A DNA stretch of 64,000 nucleotides from Heterodontus francisci (lineage: Eukaryota). The position numbers and the translations under genes were made by a program. The notes beneath the pieces were generated by a model that was not told the DNA's origin, did no database searches, and saw only the letters and a list, made by a program, of their open reading frames with translations. Positions within the stretch are counted from its first letter, which is position 1. Every line of letters starts with the position of its first letter. The DNA lies in contig NC_090376.1 of the NCBI RefSeq assembly GCF_036365525.1, positions 43,519,075 through 43,583,074 on the forward strand. The letters run 5' to 3'. Shown here one piece after another: positions 53,077 to 64,000 of this stretch.

Positions 53077-53274
53077 AAAAGCAAAATACTGCAGATGCTG
53101 GAAATCTGAAATAAAAACAAGAAATGCTGGAAATATTCAGCAGGTCTGGCAGCATCTGTGGAGAGAGAAGCAGTGCTGATGAAGGGTCACTGACCTGAAA
53201 CATTAACTCTGCTTCTCTCTCCACAGATGCTGCCAGACCTGCTGAATATTTCCAGCATTTCTTGTTTTTATTTC
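53077..53274. mobile_element. Palindromic PLE-end insertion with canonical CTGATGA..GAAAC core (53176-53201)
   Basis: Inverted arms; TSD TCTAATGATAAGGT / TCTAATCTTAAGGT. Confidence 0.85.
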
Positions 53275-53504
53275 TAATCTTAAGGTTTTGTGTTTATGCA
53301 AGGCAATCTATAATAAGAAAGTGTTTGCATTTAAAAAAGTACTCATAGAGTCCCAACTTGTTTCATAAGCCATGGAACAAAAACAAAATACTGCAGATGT
53401 TGGAAATAAAAACAGAAAATGCTGAAAATACTCAGAAGATCTGGCAGCATCTGTGGCGAGTGAAACAGAACTGTTTGGAGGAAACGTCATTGACCTAAAA
53501 CATT

Positions 53505-54195
53505 GCGCTGAATTCTCGGACCTGACTGAGGTTGGGAGCAGAGGCAGACAGGGCCAGAAAATTACGAGACCGGCCGACATGCCATCTTATTGATGTCAAT
53601 GGATTCAGGACCCAGAAAGGCCGCCTGCCCCACAAGCCTTATTAAGCAGCGATTACGGAGATGGACTAGGATTTTCCAGTTGACCTCCAGTTTTCTGACG
53701 CAACAGGGGCAGGTTTACTGCCTGACGGCAGGTACCCAGTGGTAGGCTGGGATGCCAGTAACTTCAGGCAGGCCTACAGGCCCTCCTGCCTTCCTGGGTG
53801 AGGGTGCATCCAAAGGCCACCCTGCAGAGGGGCTCCCCCTGCCACCACCCCGCCCCCCACCCCCAATCCCTGCCAGTGGTGGCCTGGCTGCTTTTTGTAT
53901 TTTTAATTAATGGTTCTAAAAAGTGGCTGAAAGGGCAACTTCTTATTGAACTGCCCTCTCAATTACTAACCAGTTACTGCAGTGGGGTGCTTCTCTGAAG
54001 CTGGAATGCCTCTCATTGGCCCTACAGCTTCGAGAGTCCATCCACCATCCTTAATTGGACAGGGAACCTGTCTCCATGACAATTAAGAGGGCACCCTGGT
54101 CAAAATTTCAGTGACTGTTTCCCCCCGGGAGTGGGTTCGGGACCCGGAAACAGTCCTGGCTCCTGTTTCCTGCTCCCGAGGCTAAAGTTCAGCCC
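53505..54195. mobile_element. Harbinger-type MITE inserted into a PLE-end palindrome (53377-53504 + 54196-54261)
   Basis: ATT|GCGCTGAATT ... AAGTTCAGCCC|GTT. Confidence 0.8.
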
Positions 54196-54261
54196 GTTAA
54201 TTCTGTTTCTCTCTCTATAGGTACTACTAGATCTGCTGGGTATTTCCAGAATTTTCTGTTT

Positions 54262-55078
54262 GGCTGCGTTTGCTGACAATGCTACCACTAGGTGGCGCTG
54301 TACTAGCACATGAGCAAATGCAGCCTCATCCACTTAAATGTCACTGTCTGTGACGGTCAGGCCGAGATTTAAAGATGGCGCTGCTCAATTTATCACAGAA
54401 AAACAACTTCAACCCATGGCAGCACGCAATTGACATGTTTGATACACGGAGAACATTGTACGGTTTAAAGTCTTAACAGAAGAACAGCACCTCTGACTGT
54501 GCTGCACACCCTGCGTAATTCTGTGAGGTTTCAGTGCCATCCCGCTCTCCAGCCGCTCACTTCCCCTCGCCCACCATCCCGCTCTCTGGCCGCTTACTCT
54601 CCACTTCCCCCCTCCCATCCCTCCAGACGCTAGCGCTAGGCCGCGCCACTTCCCTCCTCTTGGCCACTCGCTCTTACATTGCCCCGTCACCCCTGACAGT
54701 CCACTTTGTTTCTTGGGACAGAGCGAATGGCTAAGAGGAAGGAAACGACCCATGGCCTAGAGCTAGCATCTGGAGGGATGTGGGGGGGAAGAGGGGAGCG
54801 AGCGGCTGGAGACCGGTCGGAGAGGGAGCGGGAGCAAGGGGCCGGAGAGCAGGAGAGGGTGGGGGGGGGGGGGGGGGAAAGCAAGGAGCGAGCGGTCTGG
54901 AGTGAGTGGCCAAGGGGGGAGAGCATTTTTCTGCGCATGTGCCTGTTAGTCCTGGCAAGGCAAGATGTAGGCTGCGCATGCGCAACATCTCAGCGCGCAG
55001 GAGACCGTTTGTGCATGTGTGCAGCTTGGAGAGCTCTGATGACATCAGCGAGCTGCTGCGTTGTCAGGAGTCACTTTG
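54262..55078 (+). repeat. Unclassified interspersed repeat (copy 2)
   Basis: Both ends similar to 8823-9305. Confidence 0.7.
54285..54298 (+). promoter_or_regulatory. CTCF consensus motif
   Basis: CCACTAGGTGGCGC fits CCASYAGRKGGCRS; binding not shown. Confidence 0.5.
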
Positions 55079-55094
55079 TTTCTGTTTTTACTTA

Positions 55095-55470
55095 ACTAAT
55101 GGATTGCTTTTGAAGTGCAATTACTTCTGTTTTGCAGATAAATTTGGTAGGCAATTTCTGGACAGCAAGGCCCTTTAAATAACAAATGAATGAATGACCA
55201 GATAGTCTGTTTTGGTTGAGGGAGGAATATTGTTCAGAACACCAGGAGAATTCCCTGCTGTTTCTTGAATTATTGTCATAGGTTCTTTTACATTCACTTG
55301 AGTGAGCATGCAGGGCCTTGGTTTCAAATCTCATCTGAAGGGCAGCACCTCCAACAATACTATCCTTCCTCAGTACTGTGCTGATACATCAGTCTAGATT
55401 ATATGCTCAGCTCATAGTGCTGCTTGAAGTCAAATCTTCTGGCGTAACTGCTACTGAGCAAAGCGAACAC
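55095..55470 (-). mobile_element. Deu-domain SINE, degenerate
   Basis: GGCCTTGGTTTCAAATCTCATCTGAAGGGCAGCACCTCC..CTCAGTACTG. Confidence 0.65.
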
Positions 55471-56503
55471 AATTTTATAGAGTTAAACGACAGATGCATT
55501 ATATTATATAAGATGACATTTTAGGGAATGGCCTTTAGGGAAGGAAATTTGCTGTCCTTACCTGGTCTGACCTACATATGACCCACAGCAATGTGGATGA
55601 CTCTTAACTGCCGTCTGAAATGGCCTAGCAAGCCACTCAGGTCAAGGGCAATTAGGGATGAGCATCAAATGCCAGCAACGCTCCCATCCCATGAAAGACT
55701 AAACAAAATTGTTTATTTATGCTTCCCAATAGGATCATACCAAGTAGGATGGCACACAAATACAGAAGTTCCACACTTCTCATCTCTAATTAGGACTAGC
55801 AGAGAAAATTCAGAGGGATATTCAGGGTCCTGATCGGAGACTTATAGCCAACCGAACCACATACCAATTTTTAAGGACTGGAAAATGACATTTGACCAAA
55901 TACACTCTTTGAACCTCATCTAATTATGTTCTCATCAAATCTTGCAATCTGTTCTCTGTTCAAAAGCACCTCATTACCTAATTTATACTATTCACTTTAA
56001 TGGCATTTATGATAACTTATACATAAGTCTGTTACCATCATGCATAAAAAAAGTTCTGCTAATTTCCCTTCTTACTCATAACTTCCTGATTCTTAGGAAG
56101 AGGTGCACATTTCTCTGCAACTGATGCACATTTCTCTGCAACTGAGTTTTATTTCAAGACATTTTGACCCACAGCACTGCCTCACACCACAAAATTAGAA
56201 ATACAGTAATGCACTACAACAAGGAGGTGGTTTATTTAGATAACTCCCATGGAAGTATCAAGGAGGCCAAATCAGGATATAATGGAGTTAGTTAGGTCAA
56301 CCATTATCTTAATGATAAACTTCACCAAGTCAAGAAATATGCACCAATATGGTCAAACCAATGACAGCAACAAAATATGTGGGAGAATCACTAGAAGCCC
56401 AGCAACCTTGCCTCCACCAATAATGTATGATGATACACTACATTTGGTTGAGAATTAGCCCTCTCTATTTTAAAACAATTAAGAAAGACATGGGGTGGGG
56501 GGT

Positions 56504-57561
56504 GTGCTGAATTTTATGAGCTCTCCGCGTCAGGGGTCATGACGGGGAGGCCCGGAAAATTCTTCCGGGAGAGGCCCGCAATGACCCGGCAGGGCCTTCA
56601 TTTAAATATTGAAATTAAGTTAAATAAATGCAAATTAACGTACCTTGTCCCGGCGGCCGTCCCACACCGATATTTTGGCTGCCGGCCAGAACTCGCGCGT
56701 CTTCGGAACTCTGTGGGAGGGGGGAGGAGTGAGAATTTCAGGGCGGGAGTCGTGGGGGGGTGGGGTAGTGGGAAAACCACTCTGATTGGGTGTGGGGATG
56801 ATGGGAAGGGGTTGAGGGTCAAAAGTGCTGAAATTGGGGATTGAAAGTTCATAACTTTACAAATTGGTTTTCCAGGGAGATGGGTTATTTTATTAATTTA
56901 GAGATACAGCACTGAAACAGGCCCTTCGGCCCACCGAGTCTGTGCCGACCAACAACCACCCATTTATACTAACCCTGCAGTAATCCCATATCACCTACCT
57001 ACACTAGGGGCAATTTACAATGGCCAATTTACCTACCAACCTGCAAGTCTTTGGCTGTGGTAGGAAACCAGAGCACCCGGCGAAAACCGACGCAGTCACA
57101 GGGAGAACTTGCAAATCCCACACAGGCAGTACCCAGAATCGAACCCGGGTCCCTTGAGCTGTGAGGCTGCACTGCTAACCACTGCGCCACTGTGCCACTG
57201 TGCCGCCCAATTGATAACTCAGTGGGGTTGGGGATGGGGGAAGGTGGTTGGAAAGGGGATTGAAAGTATTTCAGAAATTTTATTTGTGATTTCTAGGCAG
57301 CGGCACCTTTAAAAATTTGATTGTACCTGAAGGGCTTGAAGCCCTTTAAAAATGGCGCCTGCGCGGTGGCACCAGATGCTGTTGCCGGGAACAGAGTGGC
57401 CGCCCCCTTTACATCATCAGGGGTGACTGCTCCGCCCCCTCCATTTAAATGAGGTCCGTGCAAAATATTGCAGGGGCTCAGCGACGGCGCATCCTCAACT
57501 GAAGACTGCCGAGATGAGAGCACGCCATCGTGATTTGCGGCACGCTCATAAAATTCAGCCT
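56504..57561. mobile_element. Harbinger-type MITE containing an HE1-like SINE (56886-57208, minus strand)
   Basis: TIRs GCTGAATTTTATGAGC / GCTCATAAAATTCAGC; SINE is the reverse complement of the 39996 copy. Confidence 0.85.
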
Positions 57562-57910
57562 TGGAATTCCATAAGAAACCATTTATAGGGAACATCATAA
57601 GTATCCCATAGCTGATTGATATGCAAAAGAATCTGTCTAGCCAGACTCATATGACCATATAATAAGTTGCTGAGACCAACATTATAGAAGATACTATATA
57701 GGGCCCAATTAGGGATAAGGGACGTAAATTGTTAAGTATCCTGATTCCTTCACCATTCAACACACACACAAAGTATTGATCCAGCATAGATTTGAGACTT
57801 AGTTGTCTAATAATGAAAAAGATAGTTAGAGTGCCACAGCTACTAAATTTCTGTTGATACATAAGCTTGCTATTCCTTGAATTGAATATATTTGCAGTGA
57901 GTTTGGTATG

Positions 57911-58345
57911 ATCCTTGGCTCAGTGGTAGCTCTGTTGCCTCTGAGTCAAAAGGTGTGGGTTCAAGTCTCATTTCAGAGACTTGAGTGCATAATCGATGTT
58001 GGTACTTCAGTCCAGTACTGAAGAAGTGCTGCACTGTCAGAGGTACCATCTTTCAAATCAGCTGTTAAACTAAGGCCCCATCTGCCCTCTCAAGTGAATA
58101 TAAAAGATACCAAGGCATTATTTAAAGAAGAGATGGGGAATTCTCCCAGTGTTCTAGCCAATATTTATTGCTCAACCAACACCTAAAACAGATTATCTGG
58201 TCATCATCTCATTGCTATTTGTGGGCCTTTCTGTGTACAAGTTGACTGCTGCATTTCTCTACATTACAGCCAAAGTACTTCATTGGCCATGAAGAGTATT
58301 AGTACATTCTGAGGTTATGTTGGGCATTATATAAATGTGAATTCT
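57911..58345 (+). mobile_element. Deu-domain SINE (SacSINE1-like), full length
   Basis: tRNA-like head TGGCTCAGTGG..GGTTCAAGTC; CAGTACTGA..GCACTGTCAGAGGT; L2-like tail ATTATATAAATG. Confidence 0.75.
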
Positions 58346-58969
58346 TTATGCCTTTTCTGATTTCAGTATTTGAATAAGGGCCATTGATGGAGCTCCTATT
58401 TCAATGTGGACAGGAATCTGCACTTTAAAAAGTTTTTTTTTGAAAAACATGTCCAATCCCTAATACACAGAGCTTAGACCTTGGTTCACAAAGGTCTTAA
58501 ATGCATATATTGAATTTTAATACCCTGTAGGAATGATGAGTTGAACAATATTTAGGCATACCTTGAAACAAATCACCTTAAGTCACTGTTCTCAGAATCC
58601 ACTTATCTGAGTTTACCTCGTTTCATTATAATAAAAAAAAAATACAATATTCCCCTGACCAGAACTTTACATGTCAGGTGTCCTGGCACCAAGCACTGAA
58701 AAAGGACGCTGCTTTAGCAGAGTTCTGCCAGCCAGAGGTATTAGAAGGCTTAGGGATCAAAGCTGACCTGTCAATGATAACCAGGATCACAGTAAAATTG
58801 AACGGTGTTACCAATGATCCTGAAGTTTAACCACGTTCTTATGAAGATTCATTATGAACATATGTTTCATCTCTGGAATAGCAAAGCTTAAAAATAGCGT
58901 TGCCTCCTTAAATTAAGATAAAGCTCCAATTTAGGACAAAAGACCTGGACATCCACGATGGTGCCAAAA

Positions 58970-59105
58970 CAGTTCTGCTGAAGGGTCACTGACCTGAAAC
59001 ATTAACTCTGCTTCTCTCTCCATGGATACTGCCAGACCTGCTGATTGTTTCCAGCATTTCTTGTTTTTATTTCAGATTTCCAGCATCTGCAGTATTTTGC
59101 TTTTA
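58970..59105 (+). mobile_element. PLE terminal fragment with mutated hammerhead-like core
   Basis: AGTT-CTGCTGA-AGGGTCACTGACCT-GAAAC-ATT-AACT. Confidence 0.8.
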
Positions 59106-59469
59106 TAAAGATCTAGGCACTTGGATCCAACTTGGAGGCTCTGGAAATAGCTTTACAGTTTAACCAATAGGGATACTGATAACACATAAGCCTGATAAAT
59201 TGACACATATTTACAGCATGGACAACGTTTTTTTTTGATAACTTCAAGAATCAAACTTACTAAAATTCGTATGAACAGGCTTTTCAGCATTCTGTTCTGC
59301 CTTCCTCCAAATTTATTGAGGCTATTAATTTCACCCCTCAAGAGGGATATAACCTGAGCAGAATAGGCCAAAAGGTACCAGAGTTTTTCTACACTGCTTA
59401 TCATAATACAAGGAATAAAGTGATAGGCTGAGTACCAGATTCTGGAAGAATCTACTTAATCTTACTCCC

Positions 59470-60265
59470 CAGCAAGATCTGGACAATATCCAGGCTTGGA
59501 CTGATAAGTGGCAAGTAACATTCGCGCCACACAAGTGCCAGGCAATGACCATCTCCAACAAGACAGAATTTAACCATCTCCCCTTAATGTTCAATGGCAT
59601 TACAATCACTGAATACCCCACTATCGACAACCTGGGGGTTACCATTGACCAGAAACTGAACCGGACCAGTCACATAACTACTATGGCTACGAGACAGGTC
59701 AGAGGCTGGGAATTCTGTGGTGAGTAACTCACCTCCTGTCGCCCCAATGCCTGTCCACCATCTACAAGGCTCAAGTCAGGAGTGTGATGGAATACTCTCC
59801 ACTTGCCTGGATGAGTGCAGCTCCAACAACACACAAGAAGCTTGACACCATCCAGGACAAAGCAGCCCACTTGATTGGCACCCCATCCACCACCTTCAAC
59901 GTTCACTCCCTCCACCACTGATGCACAGTGGCAGCAGTGTGCAGCATCTACAAGATGCACTGCAGCAACTCACCAAGACTCCTTCGACAGCACTTTTCAA
60001 ACCTGCGACATCTACCACCTAGAAGGACAAGGGCAGTAGATGTATGGGAATGCCACCACCTGCAAGTTCCCCTCCAAGCCACCCACCATCCTGACTTGGA
60101 AATATATTGCCGTTCCTTCACTGTTGCTGGGTCAAAATCCTGGAACTCCCTTCCTAGCAGCACTGTGGGTGTACCTACACCACATGGACTGTAGCAGCTC
60201 ACCACCACCTTCTCAAGGGCAATTAGTGATGGGTAAATTGCCAGTGACGCCGTGAAAATTTCTTT
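59470..60265 (+). mobile_element. CR1-group LINE (second family), 3' fragment
   Basis: QQDLDNIQAW, HLPLMFNGITITE; same family as 14495 and 41415. Confidence 0.85.
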
Positions 60266-60704
60266 TTTTTAAATCTTTAATAGCTGGGAGTTGGGGGTAA
60301 GCATTCACAATAGAAACGATTGAATTATTATAGGAAAGACAGCACTATGACTATTATTAACTTAAAATAAAAATCTTGTAAATGAAGAAACTTCATCTAC
60401 AAATGAAATATATACAGAATACATGAAATGTATAGGTACTTGCACTGATGAGGGCATTGAGAGATACATAAATTCTGTTTTCACTTGGATTCTGATAGGT
60501 TTCTCCTGATGCTGGTCACAATTTATACTATTGTTATTTTTAATCAATTTGCTTCAGTATTTTAATGAGACATTTGCATGCAGATATTAGGAATTTGATA
60601 TCTTATAGTTGTTATGTCATGGTTTCTTTGACTGCATGCATGAACTAAGCACGCATTCTTAGATTGTATCTAACACTGAATGTACTTTGTTCTTTTTTTT
60701 ACAG

Positions 60705-60990
60705 TTTGAAAGCAGCAAGCAAGAGCAAAGAGTCAGTATTATCTGAAACTGACAATCGGCCAAGCAGTAACAGTTCTGGTTACCACCTTGGAGATGAAGG
60801 CAATCAAGCACCAGCATGTGGCAGTTTGGGTCTGCTGAATTCCTTTGAGTCAAAAATGAGTTGCTGCACACCTCCACCAGACTACAGTTCACTGGCATTT
60901 ATAACTCGCCACCAGTTCAAAGAAGTGCCATGTCATCAATATGGCAGTGTAGATAATCTGCACATTCAAACAGATACAGCACACCTTTAA
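60705..60990 (+). CDS. FLT1: VEGFR1-like terminal coding exon (stop as assembled 60988-60990; see frameshift finding)
   Basis: tacag|T; LKAASKSKESVLSETDNRPS...FESKMSCCTPPPDYSSLAF vs FLT1 SKSKESGLSD...KIACCSPPPDYNSV. Confidence 0.85.
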
Positions 60991-61384
60991 AGAAACCTTT
61001 TCCTTATTGTGTGCTACTCACCCACAGTAATCAGATGTTAAATGTATCCAAACACTGATGGCCTGACATCAAACATAATGACCCAGATTTCACGGTCAGT
61101 AGCGAAGCGACAGACACTGACCTTGAAGAAAGCTTCCCACAAAGATCTAGCAATCTCTATAGCATGGATTTCCCCTTTCCTGATGCCAGTTTGAATCTGG
61201 CGCCAAGTCAAAGGGGTCTTCAGGCATCCAGTGTCAGTGATGTCATCACACGGGGTAAGCAGCCAATCACACTGAAGTATTCTCACAGACAACAAACCAA
61301 AAATGAAAATGCACTAGTTATCCTTCATTTTTAATTAAATTTAACAGAGAAAAATAAATGATTGGGCTATACACATGGAATTTA

Positions 61385-62528
61385 GGGGTATGGTAGCACA
61401 GTGGTTAGGTTATTGGACTAGTAATCCAGCGGCCCTGCCTAATGTTCCGGAGATATGGGTCAGAATTTTATGTGGCGGCGGAGGTCCCACCCACCTGCTT
61501 AAAAGTCGGGGGGACTGCCCGCTTTTGCTGGTCCTGAAAGCCACGCAGCAATTTTGCGTGGCCCAGATCCTTAATTGGCCTCAGGCTGGACTTCCGCCTC
61601 TCTGAGGCAGGAAGTCTCAGCTCCAAGCACTGCAGGCCGGCAGCTCTTCAATCCCAACAGTGTCACTGGGAGCAGTGGCCTCTGCTGGGACTGCACCCAG
61701 CATGAGGAGCAAGAGGGAAGCTGGCTGCAAAAAAAGTAAGTAGGATTTCGGTCCTTGGCAGGGACAATTGGCTGGGCCTGGCGAGGGGGCTGGGGGTCTA
61801 TCAGGAGGGCATGGGGAGGTGCTCCAGTGGGGGCAGCTTGTGCTGCTGGGGGGCCCTCTGTGGGGCACAGAGTGCCCAATCAGGAGGGCCTCCCTTCAGC
61901 CCACAAGGAGGCCACCAATGGTAATATACCAATGGTGGTGAGAGGAGGCCCTTAAGTGACAATTAACTGGCCATTTAAGGGCCTCAGTTGGCCTGGAGTG
62001 GGTGAGCCATTTGCCACCTCCCCTGCTGCTGGTAAAATCGAAGCAGGGGCAGATAGGCGACGGGAATTGCACCCCCTGCTTCCCATTCAAGTTTACGCCC
62101 ACCATTCCCCCCCTCCCCCGGCCTTCAGCCCAGTCCTGGGGTGGGGCGGGGGGGAATGTAAAATTCCAGCCATGAGTTCAAATCCCATCATGGCAGCTGG
62201 AGAAATTAAATTCAATTAATTAAATAAATTGAAAATAAAAAGCTAGTGTCAGTAATGGTGACCATGAAACTACCAGATAATTGTAAAAACCCATCTGGTT
62301 CACTAATATCCTTTAGGGAAGGAAATCTGCTATCCTTACCTGGTCTTTCTTGTATGTGACTCCTGACACCACATGTGCAGCAATGTGGATAACTCTTAAC
62401 TGTCTTCAGAAATGGTCTAGCAAGCCATTCAGTTGCATTCAAGATGAGGGCTCACCACCACCTTCTCAAAGGCAATTAGGGATGGGCAATAAAGAGCAAA
62501 GCCGCATCCCATGAGCGAATACAAAAAA
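61385..62528 (+). mobile_element. tRNA-derived SINE (family of 9455) split by Harbinger-type MITE 61458-62171
   Basis: MITE: ATG|GGTCAGAATTTT ... AAAATTCCAGCC|ATG; SINE tail GGCAATTAGGGATGGGCAATAAA. Confidence 0.8.
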
Positions 62529-63574
62529 GTAGAAGGTGAAAGATCATAAATAAGCTTAATAAAAATGTGAAATTATCATTATGGAGAAATTTGACATGCC
62601 ACAAATATAAAATTAGTTTTCTAGGGTCAGAGAGGCTTTTCAGAAGTAATTATGAACTTATTACGTCAATTAAAAAAAAGTTATGCTTCATTCAACAAGG
62701 TGTAACTTTTTCAAGGGATTTTACAGCAAGACTAACAGCAGGAAAGGACAAGGATTTGTTAGTTCTGTGATTTCTACTTCATTGCAGTGATGATGATACC
62801 TGTGGGTACCTCAATAACGCATTCTATTGGGAAGAGTAGAATCACTGACAGCAACTTCTGGATTTCCATATTTAACTGTGCATATGTAGACTCCAGAAGT
62901 TGCTGTCAGTTTCAGAGGAGTAATGACAGCAAATGCTGATAGTTTTGCTGTCATTGTTGCTGCAAAATCCAGGCCAATTTGGGGAAATATTGTGCTCGTT
63001 AAGGTGAACCCAACACTACTAGGAATGGAATTTTATTCTCTTTCCACCTCATGGACTGAACATTTCCTGGTTAATTACTGTATAACTGCAACAACTACAA
63101 TAACAACCTGTAGGGTTTCCAACTATTTTTACACTATCCCAAATATTGTGTTTATAAGAGTATCCAAAACAGCATTAAAATGTTAATTTCCTGTACCAGA
63201 CATTGACAAGCCTTATCTGTGTTAATACAGGTAATTAGTGGCATGTCAAAGACAGTTTGGATCTGTGACCCCTAATAACTGCATTTCAGCTGTCCAGTCT
63301 AATCTCATTAAAGTATCCACTTCATTTTTATTCCAGATATCTAAATAAATGTAAAATGTAGGTTCTCTTTAATCCATACAATGCATATTAATAAGGCTGC
63401 TGTCAATATAAAGCTCAATTACTGATTCCATAAAATGTGACCTGTTCAGAAATATGGCAGAAACTGTCCTTCAGTGCTGCCTGCTAGATTTATTTTTAAA
63501 GTATTGCTTATTTGCTTTGTACAAATTGCAAATCAAACAGCCTGAAAGGCTCTATGAATTGACAGAAACGACTT

Positions 63575-63945
63575 GAATTTATCTTGTGCCTTGCATCTCC
63601 CCAGAAAGGTTTGAAACACTTCACAGCCAATTAATTACTTTTGAGATGTCGCTGTTGTAGTCAAACATCTAAGTGACCAGATGATCTGGCATTTTGATGG
63701 TGGTGTTGGGTGAGAAATAACAATTGGCCAAGGCACCAGGGAAACTCCCTATCTCTTCAAATTGTGCAAGTTGATCTTTTACATCCAGCTGAGGAGGTGG
63801 ATGGTGCCTCTGTTTGACATTTCATCTGAAAAATGATGCACTCCCAGTACTATACTGAGCTATCAGCCGAATTAAGGGCTCAGATCTTCAGTGAACCTGC
63901 TGATTCAAAGGCAAGAGTGCTACCACTGAGCCATGTCTGCCACTA
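63575..63945 (-). mobile_element. Deu-domain SINE, degenerate
   Basis: Colinear with 42380-42850. Confidence 0.65.
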
Positions 63946-64000
63946 TATGTTATTGTTTATTTTGACACTGTAACTTCCCTTTTATTCTGATGTGCACATT

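Noticed and set aside
55036-55075. CTGATGA followed by a hairpin (also at ~9262) as a hammerhead
   Set aside because: No GAAA after the stem and no stem I/III pairing
56104-56145. Exact 21-bp tandem duplication TGCACATTTCTCTGCAACTGA
   Set aside because: Ordinary slippage or repair duplication in an intron
30554-57208. tRNA-like sequences with A/B boxes
   Set aside because: SINE heads continuing into V-domain and LINE-like tails, not tRNA genes

Overview
Vertebrate genomic DNA, very probably from a cartilaginous fish, judged by HE1/V-SINE-like and Deu-domain SINEs and abundant CR1 LINEs. The window holds the last 11 coding exons (+ strand, all GT-AG introns) of a VEGF receptor tyrosine kinase, best matching FLT1/VEGFR1, running from the kinase N-lobe through the kinase insert and C-lobe to the tail and stop. 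The introns are packed with transposons: CR1 LINEs (one nearly intact), RTE, L2, a second CR1-group LINE with its partner SINE, a deleted Gmr1-type Gypsy LTR element and related LTR copies, a decayed PIF/Harbinger with many Harbinger-type MITEs, and Penelope-like (PLE) remnants. Highlights: (1) short PLE-end insertions with long TSDs carrying minimal hammerhead-ribozyme-like cores, one in a perfect 101-bp inverted repeat; (2) a 1-nt frameshift that hides the conserved FLT1 C-terminal Y-x-x-P-P-V motif; (3) KDR-like activation-loop and degron residues in this FLT1-like receptor; (4) a multi-level nested transposon stack; (5) a tRNA-Pro end fragment abutting a SINE; (6) an unclassified repeat with terminal hairpins and a CTCF motif. 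All family assignments come from reading the sequence and recalled protein motifs, not from database searches; repeat boundaries are approximate unless a TSD or TIR is cited.
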